Assembly: GCA_040756235.1 (NCBI GenBank)
Contig: JBFLZG010000134.1
Location: 1 to 64,000 of the forward strand
Reading direction: 5' to 3'
Length of the DNA stretch: 64,000 bases
From: a bacterium
GTDB lineage: Bacteria > Desulfobacterota > DSWW01
Shown here: piece after piece, positions 1-8,389 of the stretch
Position numbering within the stretch: position 1 is the stretch's first letter
How the letters are laid out: each line of letters begins with the position of its first letter
Translations under genes and position numbers: made by a program
Notes under the pieces: generated by a model
Seen by the model: the letters and a program-made list of their open reading frames with translations, nothing else
What the model was told of the DNA's origin: nothing
Databases searched by the model: none

Positions 1-2
1 TC

Positions 3-1610
3 TTGCTCTTGGCACTGGTGACGCAAGGAGAGGCTCTGTTCATCGACGACAAGAAGAGTCTGGAGATTTCGGCCAAGGTGCAGACCCGGGCCACGGTGCG
101 TCTGCAGGAGAGCGACACCGAGGAGAACCTGAAAGGCTACTCCTGGCCGGAAGTGGACAGTTGGGACCTGGTCCAGCACCGCAACCTGGCCCTGGTCGAG
201 ATCAACCACGATCTGAAGGCCCTGACCAAGGACCTGGACATCCTCTATCCTCTGCGCGCCCTTCAGATCAATGCCAAGTACCACATCGTGGGCCGCTTCC
301 TCTACGAGGCGGTCTACGATTACGGGCCCAGCGTGCTGCAGGACGCCGCGGACGCGGACCCGGAGAATTTCGACGAGTTCAAGCAGGGCTACGATCTCTG
401 GGAAGCGTATGCGGACTTCTCGCGGGGCCCGGTGTTCGTGCGCCTGGGGCGGCAGAACCTGGCCTGGGGCGAGACCGACATCTTTCGGCTGCTCGATTAC
501 ATCAACCCGCTGGACAACACCTTCGGCGGTCCGTTCGAGGACCTGGACGACCGCCGCATCCCGCTCTGGATGGCGCGCTCCAGCGTGAACCTGGGGCTGG
601 TGGGTCCGATCTCGTCGCTGACCGTGGAGGGCTTCTTCGTTCCCGGGAAGTGGGACGCGCGCGTGGCGCCGCAGGCCTGGCTGCCGAACGGCAACCCGTA
701 CGGCGCGCCGGTGCCGAGGCTTTTGGTGCCTTCGCTGCGCAACATCGCGCCCGACCGCGAGTGGTCGGAGAGCCGCTGGGGGGGGCGCATCCAGGGGCTG
801 ATCGGCGCCAACCTGAACGTGGCGGTGGCGCACTACAAGACCTTTCTGGACATGGCCACCCCCAAGAGCGTGGTGGTTGGCAACCCGCCGCTTCTGGCCG
901 ATCTGAATGCCTTGCAGCTGCACTGGGAATACCCGGAGGTGCAGATCACCGGGGCGAGCATGAACTACTGGGAGTCGATGACCGACATCGTGTTCCGCGG
1001 CGAGGTGGCGATGTTCTGGCAGGAGCCGGTGTTCATCCCGCAGATCAACAACTCGACCCTGTTCGGGCCGCAGCTCGAGTTGCCGCCCGAGGTGCTGGAC
1101 GCGATGGAGGGGCTTTTGGGCGTGGACATCCGGGACCTGGGCCTGAACGGCATCCCGATCGAGCCCCAGGGCGGCAAGATCCCGAAGAAGAACATCCTGC
1201 GCTACATGCTCGGGTTCGACAAGCAGATCTGGATCCGGCCGTTGAACAAGGTGAACACGTTCTTCATCTCGGGCCAGTACTTCGGCCAGTACATCCCGGA
1301 GTATGACGACCGCATGGCGATTCCGGCCCTGGTCTACCCGAGCCTGAAGAAGTACGTGCCGGTGAGCGAGTTCGAGCACGTCTTCACGGCGCTCATCAAC
1401 ACCATGTACATGAAGGGGAACCTGCAGCCCCAGGTGGCCTGCGCGTACGATCTGAAAGGGGCCATTCTGCTGCAGCCTTCCGTCAACTTCGTGTACGAGC
1501 CGTTCCGCTTCATGGTCCAGTACAGCACCATCATGGGCAGCTTCGCCAACTTCGGCCTGTTCCGCGACCGCGACCAGGTCGCCGTGGCCCTCACCTACCT
1601 CTTGAACTGA
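3..1610 (+). CDS. DUF1302-family outer-membrane beta-barrel protein (5' end truncated by window)
   Basis: Hydrophobic signal remnant; LWEAYAD...RLGRQNLAWGETDIFRLLDYINP motif; C-terminal FRDRDQVAVALTY beta-strand. Confidence 0.75.
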   Translation: MLLALVTQGEALFIDDKKSLEISAKVQTRATVRLQESDTEENLKGYSWPEVDSWDLVQHRNLALVEINHDLKALTKDLDILYPLRALQINAKYHIVGRFLYEAVYDYGPSVLQDAADADPENFDEFKQGYDLWEAYADFSRGPVFVRLGRQNLAWGETDIFRLLDYINPLDNTFGGPFEDLDDRRIPLWMARSSVNLGLVGPISSLTVEGFFVPGKWDARVAPQAWLPNGNPYGAPVPRLLVPSLRNIAPDREWSESRWGGRIQGLIGANLNVAVAHYKTFLDMATPKSVVVGNPPLLADLNALQLHWEYPEVQITGASMNYWESMTDIVFRGEVAMFWQEPVFIPQINNSTLFGPQLELPPEVLDAMEGLLGVDIRDLGLNGIPIEPQGGKIPKKNILRYMLGFDKQIWIRPLNKVNTFFISGQYFGQYIPEYDDRMAIPALVYPSLKKYVPVSEFEHVFTALINTMYMKGNLQPQVACAYDLKGAILLQPSVNFVYEPFRFMVQYSTIMGSFANFGLFRDRDQVAVALTYLLN

Positions 1611-1668
1611 ACGAAGATCACGAGGATCCCCTGCGACCCGGACACGCAAGGGATGAAGGCGGAACACC

Positions 1669-2664
1669 ATGGATGCGGCAACCAGGCCCGTCTCGTCGGG
1701 CAAAGACTTGGACTCTCTCGGTCGACGTTTCCGGGAGGGTGATCGGAAGGCCCTCGCCCGGCTGATCTCGGTGGTCGAGAACCATCCGGGCCGTTCGAAG
1801 GCCGTCTTTGAGCAACTCGGGGCCGATGCGTTGGCGCAGCATGCCTACCTGATCGGTATCACCGGGAGCCCGGGCGCGGGCAAGTCCACCCTCGTGAATC
1901 TCCTGGCCAGGAGGATCGTCGATCAGGGCAGGACGGTAGGGATCCTGTCCATCGATCCGAGCTCGCCCTTCACGGGCGGGGCCTTCCTGGGGGATCGGGT
2001 GCGCATGAACGAGCTCACCGGCGTGCCCGGAATCTTCGTCCGCAGCATGGCCACGAGGGGCGCCACCGGCGGGCTGGCCAAGGCGGCGTTCGACATCTGC
2101 AAGCTCTACGAGGCCTTCGGCAAGGACGTCATCATCGTGGAGAGCTGCGGTGCGGGCCAGACCGACTATGATTTCGTCAAGCTCGCGTACACGATCCTCC
2201 TGGTATCGGTCCCGGGAATGGGGGACTTCATCCAGATGCAGAAGGCCGGGATCATGGAGATCGGTGACATTCACGTGGTCAACAAGATGGACAAGGGGGG
2301 CGAGGAGATCGCGCTGCAGATCGACCTCATGCTGGATACGGATCCGCGCGAGACTTCCTGGCGGCCGCCCGTGGTGCAGACCAACGGGATCACGGGCGCA
2401 GGCGTGGAGAGGCTGCTCGGGGAGATCTGGAGGCACAGGGCACACATCGAACAGAACGGGCTCCTGGCCCGGCGCAAGGAAAGGATCGCCCGGGAGAAGA
2501 TCCTGGAGCTGGTCAAGTACGGAACGCTGGATTACATGTCGAGCCACATCATCGGCGACGCGGAGCTGGAGGAGCTCACGAAGCAGGTCTGCCGTCAGGA
2601 AGGGACCATCTACTCGGTTGCCGAGGGCATCCTGGGCAGGCTGTTCCCGGAGGCGAAGCTCTAA
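1669..2664 (+). CDS. meaB: MeaB/ArgK-type GTPase (B12 mutase chaperone)
   Basis: GITGSPGAGKST, DPSSPFTGGAFLGDRVRM, RSMATRG, NKMD motifs. Confidence 0.9.
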   Translation: MDAATRPVSSGKDLDSLGRRFREGDRKALARLISVVENHPGRSKAVFEQLGADALAQHAYLIGITGSPGAGKSTLVNLLARRIVDQGRTVGILSIDPSSPFTGGAFLGDRVRMNELTGVPGIFVRSMATRGATGGLAKAAFDICKLYEAFGKDVIIVESCGAGQTDYDFVKLAYTILLVSVPGMGDFIQMQKAGIMEIGDIHVVNKMDKGGEEIALQIDLMLDTDPRETSWRPPVVQTNGITGAGVERLLGEIWRHRAHIEQNGLLARRKERIAREKILELVKYGTLDYMSSHIIGDAELEELTKQVCRQEGTIYSVAEGILGRLFPEAKL

Positions 2665-2771
2665 AGGCGCTCCCGTGCACGGGTGCGCTTCGAAGGGCGC
2701 TGCACCCACCGCACCCCATCTATATGGAGAAAAAGCGAAGGATCACCATCGCTGAAGGCGGTACGCGGTCC

Positions 2772-4151
2772 TCAGCGGCCCTCCCCCGACAGCCCCCGGA
2801 CGATGCCTCCCACCACGGCCTTGGCGTCGCCGAAGACCATGAGCGTCTTATCGAGGTAGTAGAGCTCGTTCTCGATGCCGGCGAAGCCCGGGCTCATGCT
2901 GCGCTTGACCACCATCACGGTGCGCGCCTTGTCCACGTCCAGGATCGGCATGCCGTAGATCGGGCTGGAGCGGTCGTTGCGGGCCCTGGGGTTGGTCACG
3001 TCGTTGGCGCCGACGATGAGGGCCACGTCCGCCTGCGCAAACTCGGAGTTGGCCTCCTCCATCTCCAGGAGCTTGTCGTACGGGATGTTCGCCTCGGCCA
3101 GCAGGACGTTCATGTGCCCGGGCATGCGGCCCGCGACCGGGTGGATGGCGAACTTGCACTCGATCCCGGCGCGGGTGAGCACGTCGTAGAGCTCCCGCAC
3201 CTTGTGCTGTGCCTGGGCGACCGCCATGCCGTAGCCGGGCACCACGATCACCCGGCTGGCGGCCTGCAGGATGTCGGCCGCGTCCTCGGGGTCGGCGCTG
3301 CGCACCGGCCGCTGCTCGGCCCCGGCCGCGGCCCGCTCCTGGACCCGCCCGAACGCGCCGAACAGTACGTTCGTGAAGGACCGGTTCATGGCCCGGCACA
3401 TGATGATCGAGAGGATGAGGCCCGACGATCCGTCCAGAGAGCCGGCGATGATCAGCAGCTTGTTGTTCAGGACGAACCCCATCGCTGCCGCCGCCAGCCC
3501 GGCGTAGGAGTTGAGCAGCGAGATGACCGTGGGCATGTCCGCCCCCCCGATGGGAACAATGAGCAGCACGCCGAAGATCAGCGCCAGGGCTGCGAACACG
3601 GGAAAGAGCCAGAGGCTCTCCGGCCGCACGACCAGATAGATCCCGGCCGCGACCGCGGCGGCGAAGACGGTCAGATTGACGACGTTCTGGCCTCGGTAGG
3701 TGATGGGCCGGGTGGGCAGGATCTCCTGCAGCTTGCCGAAGGCCATCAGAGAAGCGGTGAAGGTGAGAAAACCCAGCAGCACCTCGAGCGACAGGGCGCC
3801 CATGGTGAAGCGGTCGATCGCGGGGGCATTCAGATAGTACTCGGCGGTCCCGACCAGCGCCGCGGCCAGGGCGCCGAAGGCGTGGCTCAGGGCCGTGCGC
3901 TGCGGCACGGCGGTCATCGGCATCATGGCCATGGGAATGCCGATGACGGTGCCGATCACGAAGGCCACGGCGATCCAGCGGTAGCTCTCGATCTCCGGCT
4001 TGAGCAGCGTACCGATGACCGCGAGCGCCATGCCGGCCGCGCCCACGATCACCCCCCGGCGCGCCGTGGCGACCGTTGAGAGCCACCTCAGGGCCAGCAC
4101 GAAGGAGACGGCCGCGGCAAGATAGAGCAGGTGGACCAGCTGCTCGATCAT
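2772..4151 (-). CDS. pntB: NAD(P) transhydrogenase beta subunit
   Basis: IGGADMPTVISLLNSY, VPGYGMAVAQAQ, IHPVAGRMPGHMNVLLAEA; start set at MIEQL overlapping the pntAB stop. Confidence 0.95.
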   Translation of the reverse strand: MIEQLVHLLYLAAAVSFVLALRWLSTVATARRGVIVGAAGMALAVIGTLLKPEIESYRWIAVAFVIGTVIGIPMAMMPMTAVPQRTALSHAFGALAAALVGTAEYYLNAPAIDRFTMGALSLEVLLGFLTFTASLMAFGKLQEILPTRPITYRGQNVVNLTVFAAAVAAGIYLVVRPESLWLFPVFAALALIFGVLLIVPIGGADMPTVISLLNSYAGLAAAAMGFVLNNKLLIIAGSLDGSSGLILSIIMCRAMNRSFTNVLFGAFGRVQERAAAGAEQRPVRSADPEDAADILQAASRVIVVPGYGMAVAQAQHKVRELYDVLTRAGIECKFAIHPVAGRMPGHMNVLLAEANIPYDKLLEMEEANSEFAQADVALIVGANDVTNPRARNDRSSPIYGMPILDVDKARTVMVVKRSMSPGFAGIENELYYLDKTLMVFGDAKAVVGGIVRGLSGEGR

Positions 4152-4444
4152 CGCCTCTCCTTTCCGCTCTTCTTGAACATGCGGAGCATCCGGTAGGTGA
4201 TGAGATACCCGCCGACGATGTTGATCATCGAGCAGGTCACCGCGACGGTGCCGAGAAGGGTGGAAAGGGAGGTCTTCTGCTCGCCCGTGACCAGGATCGA
4301 GCCCACCACCGCGATGGCGGAGATGGCGTTGGTCAAGGACATCAGCGGCGTGTGCAGGAGCGGCGATACCCGCCGGATGACCTCCAGACCGAGCAGGGTC
4401 GCCAGAACGAACACGTAAAGGCTGAGCTCGAGATCCTGGCTCAT
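4148..4444 (-). CDS. pntA: NAD(P) transhydrogenase alpha subunit part 2 (PntAB, membrane part)
   Basis: LHTPLMSLTNAIS and NIVGGYLITYRMLRMF motifs; 98 aa. Confidence 0.93.
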   Translation of the reverse strand: MSQDLELSLYVFVLATLLGLEVIRRVSPLLHTPLMSLTNAISAIAVVGSILVTGEQKTSLSTLLGTVAVTCSMINIVGGYLITYRMLRMFKKSGKERR

Positions 4445-4520
4445 GTGCGGACCTCATCGGGAAGCAGGAGAGGGCAGGGGAGACGAGAGCCGCGGACGAC
4501 CATTTCCCGTCCCCAGTCGC

Positions 4521-5654
4521 TTATTCGATGACGTGGATGTTCTTGCGGTGGCACATGTCTTTCAGAATTTTTGGCCAGACAGTGGCGGAGACTTCCCCGA
4601 TGTGCGCCTTCTGCAGCAAGAGCATGAAGGTCCTGGACTGGCCGATGCCGCCTCCGATGCTGAGAGGGAGCTCGTCATTCAAGATGCCTTTATGGTATGG
4701 GAAATCGAGGAAATGCAGCTGGCCGGACATCTCGAGTTGGGCGCGCAGGGTCTCGGCGTTGACCCGGACGCCCATCGAGGTCAATTCGTGCCTCCTGCGG
4801 CTGACCGGATTCCAGACGAGAATGTCGCCGTTCAGCCCGTGCATCGGGCGCCCGCCGTCCGAGGTCGTCTCCGTGATCCAGTCATCGTAGTCGGCGGCAC
4901 GGAGCTCGTGTGGGTAGCCGTCCTCGAGGGGATATCCGATCCCGATGATGAAGACGGCCGGGTAATGCTGGAGGATCTGCGTCTCGCGCTGCTTGCGCGG
5001 CAGGTCGGGGAAGCGGTCGAGGATCTCTTCCGCGTGCAGGAACGTGAGCTCGTCGGGCAGCTCGGGATAGCGGTCGGTCCTGAGCGGGGGAAACAGGCTC
5101 CGGACGTGCTGCTCGGCCCCCTTGATCACCTTCCAGAGCTTCCGTACGACCTCGCGCAGCAGCGCGAGATTGCGCTGCTGCGCGGTGATGGCAAGCTCCC
5201 AGTCCCACTGGTCCACGTAGGCCGAGTGATCGTGGTCGAGGAAGTAGTCCTTGCGCACGGCGCGCATGTCCGTGAGCAGTCCCTCTCCGGTCCTCATCCG
5301 GAACTGCTTGAGGGCCATCCGCTTCCACTTGGTGGCGGCCTGGACGACCTGGGCCTCCAGGGGGTTCTTTCCGTTGTCGTTCGAGATGTGAAACTGGATG
5401 GGGGTGCGGGAGCCGTCGCGGTCGAGAAAGTCATTGACACCGCTCTCGACGTCCACGATGAGGGGCACGGTGACGCGGATGAGGTTGAGCTCCTTGCAGA
5501 GGTTTTCTTCGATGTAGTCCTTGACGGCGTAGATGGCGCACTGGGTGTCCCTGGGGCTCAGCAGGGAGTCGTAGCCGGCGGGCAGGATCTTTTCGAGCTC
5601 GGCATAGTCTCCGATTCCCGGGCCGGCGAGATCGGCTTGTTTCGCTTTCGTCAT
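4521..5654 (-). CDS. asnA: Aspartate--ammonia ligase
   Basis: VVQAATKWKR, HSAYVDQWDWE, SIGGGIGQSR motifs. Confidence 0.93.
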   Translation of the reverse strand: MTKAKQADLAGPGIGDYAELEKILPAGYDSLLSPRDTQCAIYAVKDYIEENLCKELNLIRVTVPLIVDVESGVNDFLDRDGSRTPIQFHISNDNGKNPLEAQVVQAATKWKRMALKQFRMRTGEGLLTDMRAVRKDYFLDHDHSAYVDQWDWELAITAQQRNLALLREVVRKLWKVIKGAEQHVRSLFPPLRTDRYPELPDELTFLHAEEILDRFPDLPRKQRETQILQHYPAVFIIGIGYPLEDGYPHELRAADYDDWITETTSDGGRPMHGLNGDILVWNPVSRRRHELTSMGVRVNAETLRAQLEMSGQLHFLDFPYHKGILNDELPLSIGGGIGQSRTFMLLLQKAHIGEVSATVWPKILKDMCHRKNIHVIE

Positions 5655-5753
5655 GAGTCCCTCCGGGCGTTCTCGAGCGGTGGTGAATGGCCGGGTCGAG
5701 CTCGCCCCCGCTCAGGCACGGACGGCCGCCCGGCCCGTGTAGGTATCGGACGA

Positions 5754-5781
5754 ATGTTACGGAGTGGTCGGGGGATGTCAA
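5754..5781 (-). promoter_or_regulatory. sigma70-like promoter for asnA(-pnt)
   Basis: Minus strand TTGACA-16 bp-TAACAT. Confidence 0.55.
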
Positions 5782-5805
5782 GAGAACGCTGTCCAGAAAG
5801 AGGAA

Positions 5806-5832
5806 ATCCCTCTCTCGGGTAGAGAGAGGGAT
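5806..5832. terminator. Hairpin downstream of metF, possible terminator
   Basis: ATCCCTCTCTC-N5-GAGAGAGGGAT perfect 11-bp stem; weak U tract. Confidence 0.4.
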
Positions 5833-5908
5833 CGACAAGAGACTTCGCGCGCACACCGCAGATGCCGTACGCCGCCGCAGATGGCCGTCAATCGCCTCTA
5901 GTCTGGGC

Positions 5909-6080
5909 AGGCTGTTCAAAAATGCCCAGATGCAAGGCAGGCGAAGTTCTGAGGCTTGTTCCGAGGAGCCTGGGCGACGAGGAAACTCCCAGTTGTCACT
6001 TGCCGCCGCAGTATGGGTGCAGGGAGATTGCTTCGCTCCGCTCGCAACAAGCTTCGCAGATGGGCGTTTTTCAACAGCCG
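5909..6080. mobile_element. MITE-like element, copy 1
   Basis: Imperfect terminal inverted repeats GGCTGTTCAAAAATGCCCA / TGGGCGTTTTTCAACAGCC; related copies at 20034 and 49671. Confidence 0.65.
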
Positions 6081-6081
6081 G

Positions 6082-7005
6082 TTACACCTGCGGACGCGGC
6101 AGGAGGCCGGCAGCCTGGACGATCTCCTTGACCTTCTCCTCCCATTCGATCGCCATGATGTGCACGCCGGCCACGCCCTCGATTTCCCTGAGCTGCTGGA
6201 TGGTCTCCACGCACATCTTGATGCCTTCCTCGCCCACCTTCCCCTTGGCGGCGCCTTTCAGGCGATCGATCACGGCGTCGGGCACATCCATGCCCGGCAC
6301 GCTCCCCTTCATGTATCGCGCCATACCGACCGTCTTCATCGGGGTGACCCCCGCCAGGATCTTGACCTTCTCGTGCAGGCCGCGCTCCACCACGCCCTTC
6401 ATCCACAGCCGGAACTTGTCCAGGTTGTAGATGCACTGGGTCTGGATGAAGTCCACGCCGGCCGCCACCTTCTTGGCCAGCCGGGGCACGCGGATCTCGA
6501 ACGGGTCGGCAAAGGGGTTCTCGGCGGCGCCGATGAAGAACTTCGGGGCGCCCTTGATCTCCTGTCCGTTGATGAACTTCCCCTCTTCCCGCATCCGGTA
6601 CACGGTCTGGACGAGCTGGACGGAGTCGATGTCGTAGACGTTCTTGGCCGACGGGTGATCGCCGAAGCGCTGGTGGTCGCCCGACAGGCACAGGATGTTG
6701 TTCATCCCGAGGGCACCGGCGCCCAGGATGTCGCTCTGCAGGGCGATGCGGTTGCGGTCGCGGGTCGTCATCTGGACGATCGGGTCGAAGCCCAGCTCCC
6801 TCAGGATCACGCAGGAGGCGATGGAGGACATGCGTACGACCGAGGTCTGGTTGTCCGTGACGTTGATGGCGTCGACGAGGCCCTTGAGGTGCTCGCCCTT
6901 CTTGCGGACGGTTTCGGGATCGGAGCCCCGGGGCGGACCGCACTCCGAGGTGACCGCGAAGGCGCCGCTCGCCAACACCTTTTCCAAACGACTGGCTGTC
7001 TTCAT
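6082..7005 (-). CDS. metF: Methylenetetrahydrofolate reductase, flavin subunit
   Basis: AINVTDN, RDRNRIALQSDILGA, LSGDH, KKVAAGVDFIQTQ motifs. Confidence 0.93.
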   Translation of the reverse strand: MKTASRLEKVLASGAFAVTSECGPPRGSDPETVRKKGEHLKGLVDAINVTDNQTSVVRMSSIASCVILRELGFDPIVQMTTRDRNRIALQSDILGAGALGMNNILCLSGDHQRFGDHPSAKNVYDIDSVQLVQTVYRMREEGKFINGQEIKGAPKFFIGAAENPFADPFEIRVPRLAKKVAAGVDFIQTQCIYNLDKFRLWMKGVVERGLHEKVKILAGVTPMKTVGMARYMKGSVPGMDVPDAVIDRLKGAAKGKVGEEGIKMCVETIQQLREIEGVAGVHIMAIEWEEKVKEIVQAAGLLPRPQV

Positions 7006-7673
7006 TCTCGCATGTCCTCCCTGATGATCGTCCGGGGCCCGCCGTCACGGCTGGTCAGCCAGTCCTTGGTGGGCATGACCTGCTCGTAGACGGCCTCGAG
7101 CAGCCCGAGGGACTTCAGACGATCGACGATGAGCTGCCACCCGCAATCCACCTCCGGGTTGATCTCGCACTTCCCCTTGGAGGAACCGCCGCAGGGACCG
7201 TTGAGCAGGCTCTTGGAGCAGCGCGTGATCGGGCAGATGCCGCCGGTCAGATGGAGCACGCAGTTGCCGCAGCCCTGGCACCGTTCCACCCAGACCCCCT
7301 GCTCCCGGGAGCCGCCCATGAAATCGGTGTTCAAACCCGGCAGGGCCGGCACCCCTTTGTAGCGCTCCGCCAGGTACTGCACGCCCACGCCGCAGGCGAT
7401 GGAGAGCACGGCCTGGTAGTCGCCGGCGAACCCCTGGATCTGGTCGATGTACTCCGGGTCGCACTGCCTCTCCAGCGTGATCTCCCGGACCTCGATGTCC
7501 TTCCCGTCCTTCTTGCGGGCGAGGCGGACGGCCGAAGCCAGGATGCCCACTTCCTTCTCCCCGCCGGCGTTGCAGACGGCCACGCAGCCCTTGCAGCCCG
7601 CCAGGATGATCTTGTCGAAGGGCTCCAGCATCTTGAGGATTTCTTCCAGCGGTTTTCGGTGTCCGATGATCAT
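7002..7673 (-). CDS. metV: Methylenetetrahydrofolate reductase Cys-rich subunit
   Basis: GCKGCVAVC, ERQCD, CQGCGNC, CPITRCSKSLLNGPCGG, C..DCGW; overlaps metF start. Confidence 0.9.
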   Translation of the reverse strand: MIIGHRKPLEEILKMLEPFDKIILAGCKGCVAVCNAGGEKEVGILASAVRLARKKDGKDIEVREITLERQCDPEYIDQIQGFAGDYQAVLSIACGVGVQYLAERYKGVPALPGLNTDFMGGSREQGVWVERCQGCGNCVLHLTGGICPITRCSKSLLNGPCGGSSKGKCEINPEVDCGWQLIVDRLKSLGLLEAVYEQVMPTKDWLTSRDGGPRTIIREDMRE

Positions 7674-7753
7674 CGGGTTCTCCTTGGCTGGCTGCCTGTG
7701 CGATCGGCCGTTCAAGCGATCGGCGCGTGCCGATCGGCCCTCGAGACGATCGG

Positions 7754-8257
7754 TCAAGCAGCTTTTTTTTCTCCTTCCGCCTTCGCCTTCTTCTCGCCCG
7801 CGCCGGCGGCGGCGTCCTGCTCCTCCGGGATCTCCCGGCCCTTGCCGGTCTTGACCGGGCTGGGTCCGAGGGCCCGGATCCTCTCCGTGAACTCCCGGGC
7901 GATCTCCACGAAGCGCGGCCCCTCGGCGGCGGAAAGGTTGTACATGGCGACCCTGTCCGGGTGGATCCCCAGCTCCCGGAGGATCTGCTTCACGTAGCCG
8001 ACCCGCTTGCGCGCTCGGATGTTCCCCTTCAGGAAGTGGCAGTCCCCTTCCTTGCAGCCCGCCACGTAGACGCCGTCCACGCCGCTTTCCAGGGCCTTGA
8101 GCAGATACAGAGCATCCACCTTTCCGGTGCACGGAACGCGGATGATCTTCACGTTGGACGGATACTCCATTCTCATCGAACCTGCCAGGTCCGCAGCTGT
8201 GTATGCTCAGTAATTGCAGCAGTACGCCACGATGTCAGGGGCAAAGGTCGACTCCAT
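7754..8257 (-). CDS. mvhD: MvhD [2Fe-2S] subunit, probable selenoprotein (TGA at codon 17)
   Basis: RBS then MESTFAPDIVAYCCNY*AYTAADLAGSMRMEYP...VPCTG...GCKEGDCH; in-frame TGA at 8207-8209 sits where the family has Cys. Confidence 0.9.
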
Positions 8258-8280
8258 CGCTCGCTCTCCTTTCCTCGTTA

Positions 8281-8381
8281 CCCTTCTCCCCTCGTCGAGG
8301 GAGAAGGTCAGGATGAGGGGTGAGATTGCATCCGGCGCTGGCCCCCTCACCCCGCCCCTCTCCCCCGGTGGGGGAGAGGGA
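8281..8381. repeat. REP-like paired hairpins (CCCTCACCC..CTCTCCC/GGGAGAGG family)
   Basis: Two GC-rich stem-loops; same family at 53611 and 61487. Confidence 0.7.
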
Positions 8382-8389
8382 GATCTTTT

